Source of the DNA: Lama guanicoe
Taxonomy: Eukaryota
Assembly: GCA_013239625.1 (NCBI GenBank)
Contig: MU054187.1
Span: 8,528,358-8,592,357 of the forward strand
Direction: 5' to 3'
DNA length: 64,000 bases
In this document: positions 12,441 to 24,222 of the stretch, in pieces
Numbering within the stretch: position 1 is the first letter of the stretch
Layout of the letters: every line of letters starts with the position of its first letter
The notes under the pieces: model-generated
What the model was told of the DNA's origin: nothing
The model's database searches: none
The model's input: the letters and a program-made list of their open reading frames with translations, nothing else
Made by a program: the position numbers and the translations under genes

Positions 12441-13134
12441 AACTGAAGTCACATTTCCTTTTTTATCTTCAAATTATTGTCACAAGACCCCTCATCTTCC
12501 TTGATTACAGACAATGTAGTCTTTTATCAGTGCTGTCACCCCATGTATCTTTGGGAATCACCAGGGAATGTGTACATGCTCCAAAGATAGATTCTGGAGG
12601 TCACCTGCCCCCAGCTGAGTGTCTCGCTCTGAACCGCTGCTCCACAGCCCTGCGGGCCTTCTCTTGCTTAAGCCACTTTATCTTAAGTGATTACAGTGAA
12701 TTCACCTCAGGCTAGATGAGAACAAACTATACTACCTACTAGATCTGCTGAAGACTGAGGAATAGCAAAGGGGAATCACAAGGCAGAAAAGATGCAAACA
12801 GAATCTTGTAGATAGGACTCCAGGAAATTTAGGGGCCTGGTCTCTCTATCAGGGGTAGCCTGCAGACAGCGTTTCTCTTTAATCTCGGGTGTCACCATGT
12901 CTCTTAGCTCTGAGGTCACTTGCAAGAGGAACATCCCTGAGCATAGCTCTACTACCCAAGGCCCATTCTCTACAGACAAAGAGAATAGATTTTTTTTCTA
13001 ACTTTATATTTGCATAATCAAAAGGCCAATTAGTTTTTTTCCTTAGAATGAAAAAAAACCAGTCTGTTCTCCCAGGCATTTGATGCCATGTTTTAATTAA
13101 CTTGTCTGTGTTCATTTCTATATTACTTACGGGA

Positions 13135-13330
13135 GGCAGTTAGTGTGATGGCTGAGCTATGAGCTTAAATTTTGATTTGGCCTCTTCTTACGTAAGTGGC
13201 CTTGGGCAGGTGACAATTTCTATGAGCTTTTGTCTTTTTTTCTATAGTATGGGATTAGGAACATCTATCTTTTAGTTGTTGTAAGGATTAAGTGAAATAG
13301 TTTACATAGAGAGAATGTCATAGTGATGTT
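13135..13330 (+). mobile_element. MIR SINE
   Basis: gaggcagttagtgtgatgg...ggccttgggcaggtgac...gttgttgtaaggattaagtgaaat. Confidence 0.8.
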
Positions 13331-13664
13331 TCAATAATATAATAATAACAGTGCTCTTCAAACTGAACATACGTTCTTAAGCAGCACATTCAGTCTGAAT
13401 GTAAATCGAGTTTGAACATTAACTCTGATTCTAGAGGTAGGAAGATAACAAATAACAATAGATATTAGTTTATTCAACAAATGTGCACCTTATTTTGTAC
13501 CATTCCTCTAAATATGAAATACTTGCTGAATGGAGAAAAATCAGAAAATGTTCAAAATACAAACACAAGGCCTTCTTACAAAGATCACCGATATGTTTGT
13601 TCCCCAAAAGCACTGGAGCCGTTTTGGTGACCCTTTTTCTCTTTCTCTCTCTCTCTGTCTTCCT

Positions 13665-14030
13665 GTAAGTTGTATTTTAGTGGTGGGGACAACTTCCAAC
13701 AGCAGCCTCGCCGGAGGAAATATAGGACTTCATACACTGAGCAAAGCTGCCACGCTCTGCGAGGTAACGGGGAGGAACGGGGTCGCAGCACCGCCACGGC
13801 CATGGCCTTAGCCTCCACTAGCATTTGTTGCCCTCCCTGTGCTCCCATGTGGCTCTGGACTCTGTTCCATGGGGGTCATTCTTCCTGCCCATTGCTCCTT
13901 CATTCCAGCCAGCAGTCACCAGGCTACAGTGCCGGGTGGGGGCCTTCCTGTTGTGCAGCTCCCTTCGCTTGGCAGAGAGCTGAGTGGAGAGACCTGGCTA
14001 CCCTGGTCTCTTCTGGCCCAGGTTAAGAGC
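13665..14030 (-). mobile_element. Highly diverged MaLR LTR (MLT1J/K-like)
   Basis: ctctggactctgttccatgggggtcattcttcc...ccagccagcagtcaccaggctaca resembles antisense MLT1J/K ctctgctttcctctgtgttggcttcattctc...gccagcagctccaggcttaca. Confidence 0.5.
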
Positions 14031-14439
14031 AGACATATTTTTTTTTCCAGCAGATACTGTTTGGAATCAGAGACCCAGGATAAAATAATGCCTGAGAAAG
14101 CAATGTTGCTTGAAGCTAGATGTGCCGAGGGGTCTGGGGGTGCATTATGGACTGGTAGACCAAGGGCTTACAAGCCTGCTGGACACGTTGGAGGAAGAGC
14201 GTGTAGAAGAGGTGAGCGGCGTCACTGTCTTAGCAAGTATGAGAGACACTGGGGCAGGGCTTATTGTCAGGCTGCTTGTGTACGGGGTGGGCCGAATTCA
14301 ACCTAGAAAGCCCCACAGAGAGGCAGGGAGGCCTGGCACCAGACTACGCATCCAAGTGTCGTCTCTCCCATGAGCCGCCTACTGATAACATCTTTGTCAC
14401 CCTGGTCAGATTTGCTTTCGCTTCTTGCTTCCCTTTCTA

Positions 14440-15370
14440 ACTTCATCACATCAATACTTGCTTTTGCTCACCCATTCGATCCTTCTGACTTCCCTCAAAA
14501 TTGCTACTCCTTTCAGCCTCACAGTCTGGGTATCTGGTCTACCTTCTGCCCGGAGTGTTCTCCCTTCTAGATCTTTGCCTAATTGGCTCCTTGACTTGGT
14601 TGATGAAAATTCAATTAATAATCACGCTAAAAAGGAAAAAAGAAAGGAATTTTATTCAAGCCAAACTGAGGAGTATAACCCGGGAAGCTGATTCTCAGAA
14701 AGCTCTGAGAACTGTTCCACCTCTTAGAAGTCGAAGGCACAGTCGTATCAAAACGACATACAGGTATTTTACATAAAGTTCACCGAGGGTACGTGGTCCA
14801 CGTACGCACGTACAAAGCAAGTAGCAAGTCACCGTGACCCCCTACAGAGCTGGGAAAGAACTCTGTTCTTTGAGAAATTACATTGCTAGCATCAGTAGAA
14901 AGGGGAAATTTTGGTCTTTACAGTGGAGCAGGCCCTGCGTCCTTGATGAGCTCTGGTTGGTGTGTACTGCAGGCGCACACTGCACATTAGGGAGGAGGGA
15001 GGAGGCCCAGACACACACACAGGAAGAATTTTATGTTTAATTTTTCTGGTCTTGCCTTCAGTTATAAATTTTACTTCATCACCCTGTAGTCCACCTCAAA
15101 TCCTGTTTCTCAGACAAGTCTTTTCCTATGTCCCAATTCAGGTTAATTCCCCCTAGACATCCTACCCCATGCCTCATGCCATTTTCCAAGTAGACCCTGT
15201 CACCTACTGAAACTGCCTGCTTATCTGGTGACCTGCTTACCAAGCATCTCCCCTTCTGTGTCTCGGTCCCAAGGGCTCACCTGTTCCGCTCTTGTTCTGT
15301 CTCATGTGCGGAGCGTGCTAGTGCCTGGATCATGCTTGGTGTCCATGTCCAGGTAGATGAATATGTGGTG
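14440..15370 (+). mobile_element. LINE-2 fragment split by a solo LTR
   Basis: accttctgcccggagtgttctccc...ggctcctt lies on the left of the LTR; cctcaaatcc...gggctcacctgttccgctcttgttc...gtgcctgg...gatgaat lies on the right. Confidence 0.65.
14601..15081 (-). mobile_element. ERV1-type solo LTR, complete (~480 bp)
   Basis: Perfect terminal inverted repeat TGATGAA...TTCATCA. Antisense polyA signal ttttatt followed by gccaaactgagg...aacccggg...ctcagaaagctctgagaactgttcc. No clean TSD seen. Confidence 0.85.
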
Positions 15371-17069
15371 GGTTTGCCACAGAGGCCCCTGCTCTGGGAG
15401 CTGGTTATTTTATTTCCACTCTTAGCAATGTATAGGTCTTGTAAGGAAAGATTTCTTGAAGTAGGCAATCATGTCTTTTAATGATGTAAACACAGCACGG
15501 AATTTCTTTTGAATGACTCAGTTCATCCCCATGAGAAAGCTAATAAATAGAAGATTATACTTTCTTCTTTAGGATGTGGTTTTATTATCCATCCATATAT
15601 AAAATAATGATGCTAAACTCAGGAGCCAGGATGACTTACACATTATTTGCCTTGAAACTGCATTTTGAGGAGCCCAATATGGGTATAATTTCAAACATCA
15701 ATTTTCTAATTTATGAGGAAAATTTCCATTTTAAATATTTAGCGATTTCTGGCATCTTTTTTTCCCCTGTCCTTCCTATCCCATAGCAGGTAGATCAAGA
15801 CAAGAGACCAAAAGAAAAATGATTTTAAAACACCCTAGGCTGATTTAATTTTTTCTTAGTCCAAAAATAATGTGAAAACAGAAGTCACTCAGAACCCATG
15901 TCATAATCTCTGTCACTTGCTCATATATTTAACTCAGATATTCATACTTACAGCTAGATAAATATTGGACAGCATTTCCCTAATTACCGAATATAAAGCA
16001 TGAGAGACTTTTAATAAAAATATAACTCCTAGAGCAATTTTACAGCAACGTGAGATGAAATGGACTTTTCTCTCCTGTCACTTTGTCTTATTGGAGCTAA
16101 AGTTTGGTTGTTTAGAGACCAATGCTTAGTTGCATGCTTTCCTTAACTCTTGTTAACTACTTGAATCTCAGCAAAATATAACACAATATATAAATATGGG
16201 ATGAATACTTTAAGGCTGGCGCATTAATATGTAAGGACAGATGCTTTCGGTGCTTTTATAAGTGGAGTTGGAGTGTTCTGCTCTAGCACACACACGCTCA
16301 GTCTCACCATGGTCTCAGTACCGTTCTCTAATGCCCTTGCACATCTGGGCGGTGGTGGGTGAAGAGTGATGACATCTCTCGGACTCCTTTCTGTTTTTCC
16401 CCTTTATAAACCTTTTCCTTTTTTTTTTTTTAAGAACTATGCAGATGTAACTGTAAAATCTTTATTCTAACGAGAGAGCCGAGAGCTTGGGAGAACCCAC
16501 CTGGAAAATCCTCTTATTTTTAATATCTTTCCTGCTTTCTTTATAGATAGCTCATCAAGTTTATAGGTTAGGGAGAACTAAAATGGAAGTAATAGAGAAC
16601 TGGAAATGGGGAAAATAGGGCAACAATAAATCATAATAAAAATACCAACTGAGAAGGAAGATGGAGTTAAAAATCAAATAACAGTGTGCGTTTTTCTGTT
16701 AGGAAATGTCAGTTAGTCCATTTGGAAGAATCTGTGATCCACCTTTAAAAATAACTCCATGGTGAGATTTGTTTATCTTAGGTGTTTGGAACTTTTGCCT
16801 TGGTAATCCCAGGACAGACTTTTTGTTCTGAATAATAAGGAATGAATGGAAAACCCTATAGGGAAGTTGCTGGTGGTCATAATCTATAGAACAGGGAAAG
16901 CTGGGATTTTGTGGCATCCTTTCTTTCTCTCTCTCTATCTTTTGTTTGTTTGTTTTTTCTTGGCTGTAGAATGGCATAAGATCTTTCCTTTATAGGAAAT
17001 TTGAGTTGCTATCTCCTACATAAATTTAGGTAAGTATGTAAGAAGAACTTAAAGAAAGATACAACTTAA

Positions 17070-17245
17070 ACCTTGGTCTGCTAGGTTTAGGATGCCATTC
17101 ATTTCTTATGCAGTTTCTGTGACCAATCTTCTCATCTGTAAAAGGGAGATAATGAAATCTCCATCAAAGGTTGCTGTGAAGATTAAATTAGTTATATTCT
17201 GTTCAGAAAAAAACTTGCAACTAGTCATCATTTAATAAATACTAG
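17070..17245 (+). mobile_element. MIR fragment
   Basis: cttctcatctgtaaaagggagataatgaaatct...ggttgctgtgaagattaaat. Confidence 0.85.
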
Positions 17246-17383
17246 ATGATAAATATCCATTTTATTATTACTACTTAATATTTGTTAAAAAAATTTGTAG
17301 GCCCCCTGCCAGAGAATGGGAATAAAACAAGAATATGATGATGTCCCCATTTCTTCCCTACCTTCTGAGAGTCCAGTGGGGAG

Positions 17384-17547
17384 CAGGGGTCCTTAAATAG
17401 GATTCCACGGATGTGTGTCAGGGAGTCCATAAATTCTTCCAATTCTGTGCAAAAAGTTAAGTGAGAATTTCTTTTCCTGAGGGGAGGATTCCCAGCTTCA
17501 TCAGATTATCATGGGGCTAGTGATCCCAAACGAAGGAAGGACCACTG
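17384..17547. mobile_element. hAT-Charlie family MITE
   Basis: Imperfect TIRs caggggtcct ... aggaccactg enclose about 165 bp. Confidence 0.7.
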
Positions 17548-17729
17548 ATCCATCAAGATAATTTTATTACAGATTAGAGGGGCTTGGGAACTCCTCACAG
17601 ACCAGGACAGAGGCAGTCCCGATGGGCCCCAGGGCATCCTGGAAAGCTCGGGATTCTCCAGAGCTGAGGGACTGTTTGTCACAAAATTCTTCCATCCCTT
17701 CACTTTCTTTAGAAAATCCCCACCATGCT

Positions 17730-18040
17730 TTTTATCAGATGTGCACACACACACCCCCTTCTGTGCCAGTGAAAGAGGAATTGACACTAAAATTTCAGCA
17801 GAAGTCTCTTCACTTTCATAAGAAAGGGTTTTCTGAGTCTTCTACAGAACATCATCTAACACTGTCCCTACCCTGTGCGTGATCTAATGCCGCGTTGTTG
17901 GAATCCCGACCCCAGCAGGCTGTGCGTTCCGAAGGGCAAGAGTGGAGTAGTCATGTCCTCGGAGCATCAGCATCTAGCACAGGATCCCCCATAGTACATG
18001 ATCAAAAAAACTTGGTTCTGAACTGAACTCTAACTGAACT
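17730..18040 (+). mobile_element. LINE-2 3' fragment
   Basis: ttccgaagggcaag...cagcatctagcacagg...catagtacatgatcaaaaaaacttggttctgaactgaac. Confidence 0.65.
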
Positions 18041-19099
18041 GAAGTATCCAGGTACAGATGTGCACTTGTTGTGAAAGAAGCAGCATTCAGTCTATGAAAT
18101 ATTTTGCTCTCTGTGTTGCCAGAACCTTACCCACTGGGACAAATTTAGTTTCAAGATTCATTAGTAGCATTGTATTTTTTTTAATCTTAGCCAATCTCTT
18201 AACCAAAAAGTATGTATCAATTTAGTTTCTTTGATAATTGAGGATGGTAATGAAGCTGGACCTTTATTTAGATGCTCGTTAGTAGCTAATGATTTTTTTT
18301 TATTCTCCAGTTGCCATTTGACTATATATAGTGAGGGAGTGACAGGCTGATGGGAGAGGACTGGGCCAGTATGTGAAAGGGAGAGGAAGGGTCTCAATGC
18401 CCTGTGAGAAAAGAGGAGTAGTGTAGGGGGGTTAGATAAAGGAGGAGCTGCCATCTACAGAGCTGAGTCACCGTCCTCAGGTGTCTGTGACTCACTGAAG
18501 AGTTTGCAACTCACAGGACTCTTGTGGTTTCAGTCTGTGTGTGACACTGGCCTTCTAGATGAGCATTCGTTCATGGAACTGACTAATATTGCATTTTATG
18601 TGTTTACGTCCAAAGCACAGTCATAATCATAGCCCATGTCCTGGATGAAGTCACCATGGTCACCACCTGCCCTCCAGCTTCAACTTCCCTGGGGGAGATT
18701 TTTAGATAATCCAGTGCAGTACTTTTGTTTTAAACAGCATTTACTTTTCTTTTAAAATTCAATTCAAAAGGTGGAGGTAGGAAATAAACAACTGAAACCT
18801 TCCTGCAATCCTTACTGGGAACTTGGGACAATGGGGCCTTCCGTGAGGTGCTCCGGGGTGGAGGGGACAGCCAGCTTCCCCCACTGGATGTGAGGGTCAG
18901 GTATCATCCGTCAGTGCTTTGGCTGCAGGGCACTTGCCATGCAGCCAATCGTGGATTAGGTTTCCCAGGCAGAAATAGATGGTCTGAAAGCGCTAGACAG
19001 TTGGGAACCAACATTCTCTCTGATCCTACCTAACTTAGGGTGTTTGAGGTTTCCTCAAGTCTAATTGTCTGGCATCTTTGTTTACACTTCCTTAATTCA

Positions 19100-19710
19100 C
19101 GTCACCGAATTTCTTGCCTGGTGTAAGCCTGGAGCTCCACACTGGCCTCCCTCTCCAGCCCCAAGTGGTCTGCGATCTCTTTCCATTCTCCTGCCGCGCT
19201 GGCCAACTCCCCAGCTCCACCAGACCGCCTTCTGTTCCCTTGATCTCTCTGTCCTCGGGGCCTGTATGCATAGTGTTCTCTCTGCCTGGAAACCTCTTCA
19301 TCCCCCTCCGTCCTTCTCCGTCTTACAGCCCATCTCTGTAGACCTCCCTTCGTTGACTGTGAACTCATCATTAAGTTCTTGCTTCTGCAGAAAGCCGCCC
19401 CCCAAACTCATCCACTTCTAGACTTGGTGCCCCTCCTAGGGATTGCCGTGGCACCACAAGCCTTCCTACAGTCCTGAACCAGGGACTGGGGACAGTGGGA
19501 GGCCCTCCACGAGATGCCCAGGGATGGAGGGGGAGAGCCAGTTTCTGCCCATTGGATGTGTTAGGTATCCGCCGCCCTTATATTTTCTAATTGTCTGCTC
19601 ACGTGCAACCAACTCACAACAGAGTCAGTGAAGAGTGTGGTCTTGCTTATGAGCATATCCCAAGTCCAGTGAGGTCTCAGTAACTGTCCCGTGAATGAAT
19701 AAGTGAATGG
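19100..19710 (+). mobile_element. LINE-2 fragments
   Basis: ctccaccagaccgccttctgttcc...cctcggggcctgtatgcatagtgttctctctgcctggaa, ending in gtgaatgaataagtgaatg. Confidence 0.75.
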
Positions 19711-22700
19711 AGGGGCATGTGACTGTGTCAAGGTTCAAGAATGTGTTTGTTATCATTATCTTTAGCAACCTTTGTGTTCATGGATCAAAACTCACACAGC
19801 TCCTAAAGACATTTTCTTATACATAATTTTCAAATGGGGACTGAGGATAAACACCTTTAATTCAATCAAAATGCTGTCAGAGGAGTTTATAAACCATTTT
19901 CTACAGTTACAATAGGTGCAAGATAAGCTCGAAGTACCCTGTAAATAGGGTAATACTATATCCCAGTTACACCAGTTGTTCGAGAAAATTACTGCATAGA
20001 AACCCTTTTGTTTTCAAAGATTTCCTGATTTTTGCAATAAATTGTATGGTCATTCCGTCTCCAGGTACTTTGAGAATAAAGAAGAGTGGAAGAAGAATTA
20101 GACACATGCAAAGAACATTTAGAGGTTTTCCTGTATTTCTGAAAGCCGAATATGCAAAGAAAGTCAGTGACACAGCCCAGTCCTAGTTTGTTAACAATGA
20201 AATTTAAATTTGCTCAAAGCTTTGCACAATCATGGTTGATGATAAAAAGGAAGGAAGTGATTTTGTTGGAGCATCTTAAGAAGTTACTCCCAGTCTTTAT
20301 CAGTTACTTAGAGATAAACATTTATTGAACTATTTTTATTAGGGAAATAAGATTATTTTCAATTAACAGCCAGACTGATGTTTCCCAGAATTCTGCTCAA
20401 AAGCCTGGAAAGTGAGTCTTGTTACTTTAGGTTGCCTTTTGTTTCTCATCCTTTCTTTTGACTGCAGCTGATCATTAATTTAGAAAATAAATCAGTACAA
20501 AAGGATGAATGCATAATAACTAAGTGGTTTCTGAGAACGTCTTTGCTGGTTCACGTATTAAAACACAATTCTGAGAACACCACATTCTCTCCCCAAAACT
20601 GGTTGAATTCAGTAAATAGTAAACATGCAGGAGGATTTGTTTAAATCAAGTACCAAGAGCACTGACTTTTTGGAAACATGAAAGGTTTCATTTTTACAAG
20701 AGGTCTTAAGCTTTTGCCGTGTGTTCATTTCTAGTATTTTTAATTGAAATGTATTCCATTTGAAGGGCTCATCTACCTTTGTAACATGGCTAAAATGTAC
20801 TGTGAACATCATCAGTACTAGAGACTGAAGCAGTGAGGAGTCAAGGCTTGCACAGTCATTTCTGGCCGTGCATGCTCATGTGTTTTTGGCATATCAAGTG
20901 CATGGTTGCAGAAAAAAGTCAAGACTTCATGGCCTCAGAGGAATGGAGAGAATGACTTTGAATTCTGTATTCAGTTCCTGCCTTGCGTTCGTTGTCAGAT
21001 CTACCTGCTCTTCCTGCCTTGGCTTCATTGGATATGACTCTATCGGGATTTCTATTCGCTGTAATCAAAGTTGATAACCAAAGTTGTCAACTTGGGCAGC
21101 TAACAGGCACGCTAGCTACCTTGGTACTTGTTGGTGAACAAGGTGATTCATCATTTATTGCCCTTCTCAGTCTCATCTTCACCATTCCTCCTTCCCAAGG
21201 TTACCTGTAAAAATAAAACTATTTCTGGAAAAGGGTCTGAGGGACTTGAGTTTTATTAGCAAATGTTGCAGAAAAGTTTTGTTGATAAATAGTTGAACAT
21301 GAAGTTCGTTGGGGATAAGTCAAAAGACAGATAACTTCTAAAAGATAAGTTTCAAGAAAAGGAGAGGGGAGGTCAGCTATGGAGGGGGCCAAAATGAACT
21401 TGAATAAATTCATATATTTACCCGCGACTGGCCTTGACTTAGCGTTTGAAACAGACAATTCTTTAGAGTAGAAGATAACCAAAGGTAAACACTGGAATAA
21501 CCTGCACATGCTAATAACCCATCTTTATCTCCTTTTTAGTCATGTGATTTATTCCAGGGATGGATTTATAATCTTATATGCATAAGTTCACAGATGGAAA
21601 ATTCAAATAATGTAATAATTAGTTGTGGTCATTGCTGAATGGTTTTTAACTCATTTGTGCTGGGTGTTCCCCAGTTGAGGTCCAGATAAGGCCCTCCTGA
21701 TGCTCTGGACTGATAACGAAGACTTTGACTCAGGAAAATCTCTTCTCTTAGCATTTATTATAGCATCAAAGACTCAGACTCAAAAATTCAGACCTCTGCC
21801 TATTGAGGGGAACCATAGACTTCTTTGAATAATCATTATGTACTATTGTAGAACCACAGCACTTGGAATGGGCCTTAGAATCAAACAGGACAAAATATCA
21901 GTTTAAACACTAAATTTGTAGAGATTTAAGGACTGTGCTAATGGGTATAAGTTTGAAAACCAATATGCATTTGAAAATATGTTTCTTTAAAGTTTACGTT
22001 TCTGATAAAATAAACTGAAAACACATGTTTTGTTTTCTGTTTTCTTTTAAAAAGTGTCATAGGCTAAGATAAGGGAACCGAGACAAAGGTCAAGCAATGA
22101 AGGCTATTCCGCAATGTAAGAAAATATTTGGCACTCTGAAGTTTTCCATGACGGCACCCGTCGCCTGGGGGCTGTGAGCCTGGTCTGCTTTTGTCCATGG
22201 CTAATATTAGTCGACATTTTAACAGAATGCTCTCTTTGCGGAATCACCTTATGGCACCCCTTTCAACATCAGCGTCTATCACAAAATACGTCTCAACTGT
22301 TTTGCAAACAAACTTTCTTCCAATTAATAATTAAACAGAGGAACAGCTTGTGGTATAGGCTTGGAACTAACTTTACTATATATAGTTGGAAATGACAAGC
22401 ACACATGAAGATGTGACTGAAGCCGGGTAACATTTAAATATTCAGCTTTTCCTCTGTTACCTTGACTGGAGTAAAGTTAGTTCCCAAGGTAAAAACTAAG
22501 TGGTCTGCCGGCATATGGTACAACCTCCATTTGAGTGCTAAAAGCTGGATACTGTTTTTGTGAAACAGATGTTGTTGAGTGCAGCAATGCACAACTGACT
22601 CTAGCTAACAGCTGGGAATCCTTCGTGACCCATATAGCGAGAAATAAACATAGTCCTATGCTTGGCAAAAGTGTAAGAAAGCAAATTTCCATTTGTTAAG

Positions 22701-23967
22701 AGCTTATCAAAATGAAGAATAAATGTTTTTAGCCATAAACTGATTTTATTCACCAGAGTAATCTTTCCAGCAGCTTATGTGATGGCCTCATAATATTACA
22801 GGCACCCTTTGCCAGATGAAGGCTGCAGTTGCACTGACATATAGTGCAGATGGAAAGTAAACATCTGCCTCAATCAGGAGAGAAGACCAAGGACAAGGTT
22901 GACGAATATTATCTGGCACGACTGTCTTTGCAGGGAAGCATATAAATGCTACAGGACCGAAACCACTGGCATCGTCTGGTGGTGTCCTTATGTAGTTACT
23001 GACCATGAAGAGAGATGATTAGTATGCATTCTCCAAGGAGGGGAGCTGCAGATGCTCGCGATGATATGATTCCAACTCTGGGATCTGCCTCGCTGTAGCC
23101 ACGCCATGTGAGTCGCAGAGCGATTCCATTTTATTTCATTTTTTTTTCAGGGTTCGGCTGCATTTATTGTCTGCAGAGTTCCCCTTCTAGTTGTTGAATG
23201 CCACAAAAGAGGGGAGGAGGGAAAGAAAGAGAAGGCGAGCTCATTTGGAAAAGATAAAAACAGTTTTTTTTTTTCAGGCGTAGGAAAATGTCAACAAAGC
23301 CGCCTCATCCAAGTTCACATCAAATGCTTTTCTTCAGAACCCCAACGTTCCGATTGTGTATCACTGTATTTTATCGCATGATCCAGCTTCACCTTTGGTA
23401 ACATCCAAGTGGGATAACATGTGTTCTGTGGGAAAGGCTCACAGACCCACGTGCACGTGCACACACGGATACACACACGTCCTGCAGTCCTAGCGCTGAG
23501 TCCCTTTTGTCCTCATTGCAACCAAATGATTCATGTGGCACAAATAATATGACAGATGTAGCTTTAAAAATTCAGTTTTACTGCGAGTGTCTTTTTGACT
23601 GAACCTTCTTTCATTTTCTGGTATCTCTTGTGACCATATGGAGTTTAGATGGCAGTGAATTCCCTTCTACTAACTCAAATCCTTTTCTGCACCTGGGCAC
23701 AATTTTGGGGAAGGAGGTGAAGAAAAGGGAAAAAGTGTCAGGCTTAATATACAGGATTATATTACAAGTAAAGAGTACTTTCACCTTTTTTAGTGAAAAG
23801 ACAATTTTAGTACTATGGTTTTGTTAGAGTACACATGGATTTTTTTTTCTTTCCCTTGAGTAATAAAAAGAACTTGCTTAGATTCTGGTAGTCTAGCTGG
23901 AACAGTCATGATCATAACTCTTTACTTCAGATTCTAGGATGAGCTGAAATCTCAGATTTTACTACTC

Positions 23968-24222
23968 ATAACAGCAAACGTTTACTGAGTGTTCATGTAT
24001 CAGGTAGTGGACTTAGCTCTCATGTAAACTAATACACATATAACATGTAATCTTCACAAAATCCTGTGAGTTAAACACTGTTGTTATTATTCCCACTTTA
24101 TAGAGGAGGAAAGTGAGTCAGAGAGGTTAAATAATACGTCTGAAGTCACACAGCTCCTAGTAGTAGAACCAGCATTTGAACTGAAGGGTATGGCTCAAGA
24201 GTCCATGCTCTTGACCATGGGG
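23968..24222 (-). mobile_element. MIR SINE, near full length
   Basis: tttactgagtg...ttattattcccactttatagaggaggaaagtgagtcagagaggttaaataa...gtcacacagct...atttgaac. Confidence 0.92.

Noticed and set aside
13670..13765. Peptide QQPRRRKYRTSYTEQSCHAL resembles a homeodomain N-terminal arm and is flanked by AG/GT
   Set aside because: No helix 2/3 (WFxNRR) sequence follows and the conserved Q12-L13 residues are absent. The surrounding DNA resembles an antisense MLT1 LTR, so the match is most likely chance.
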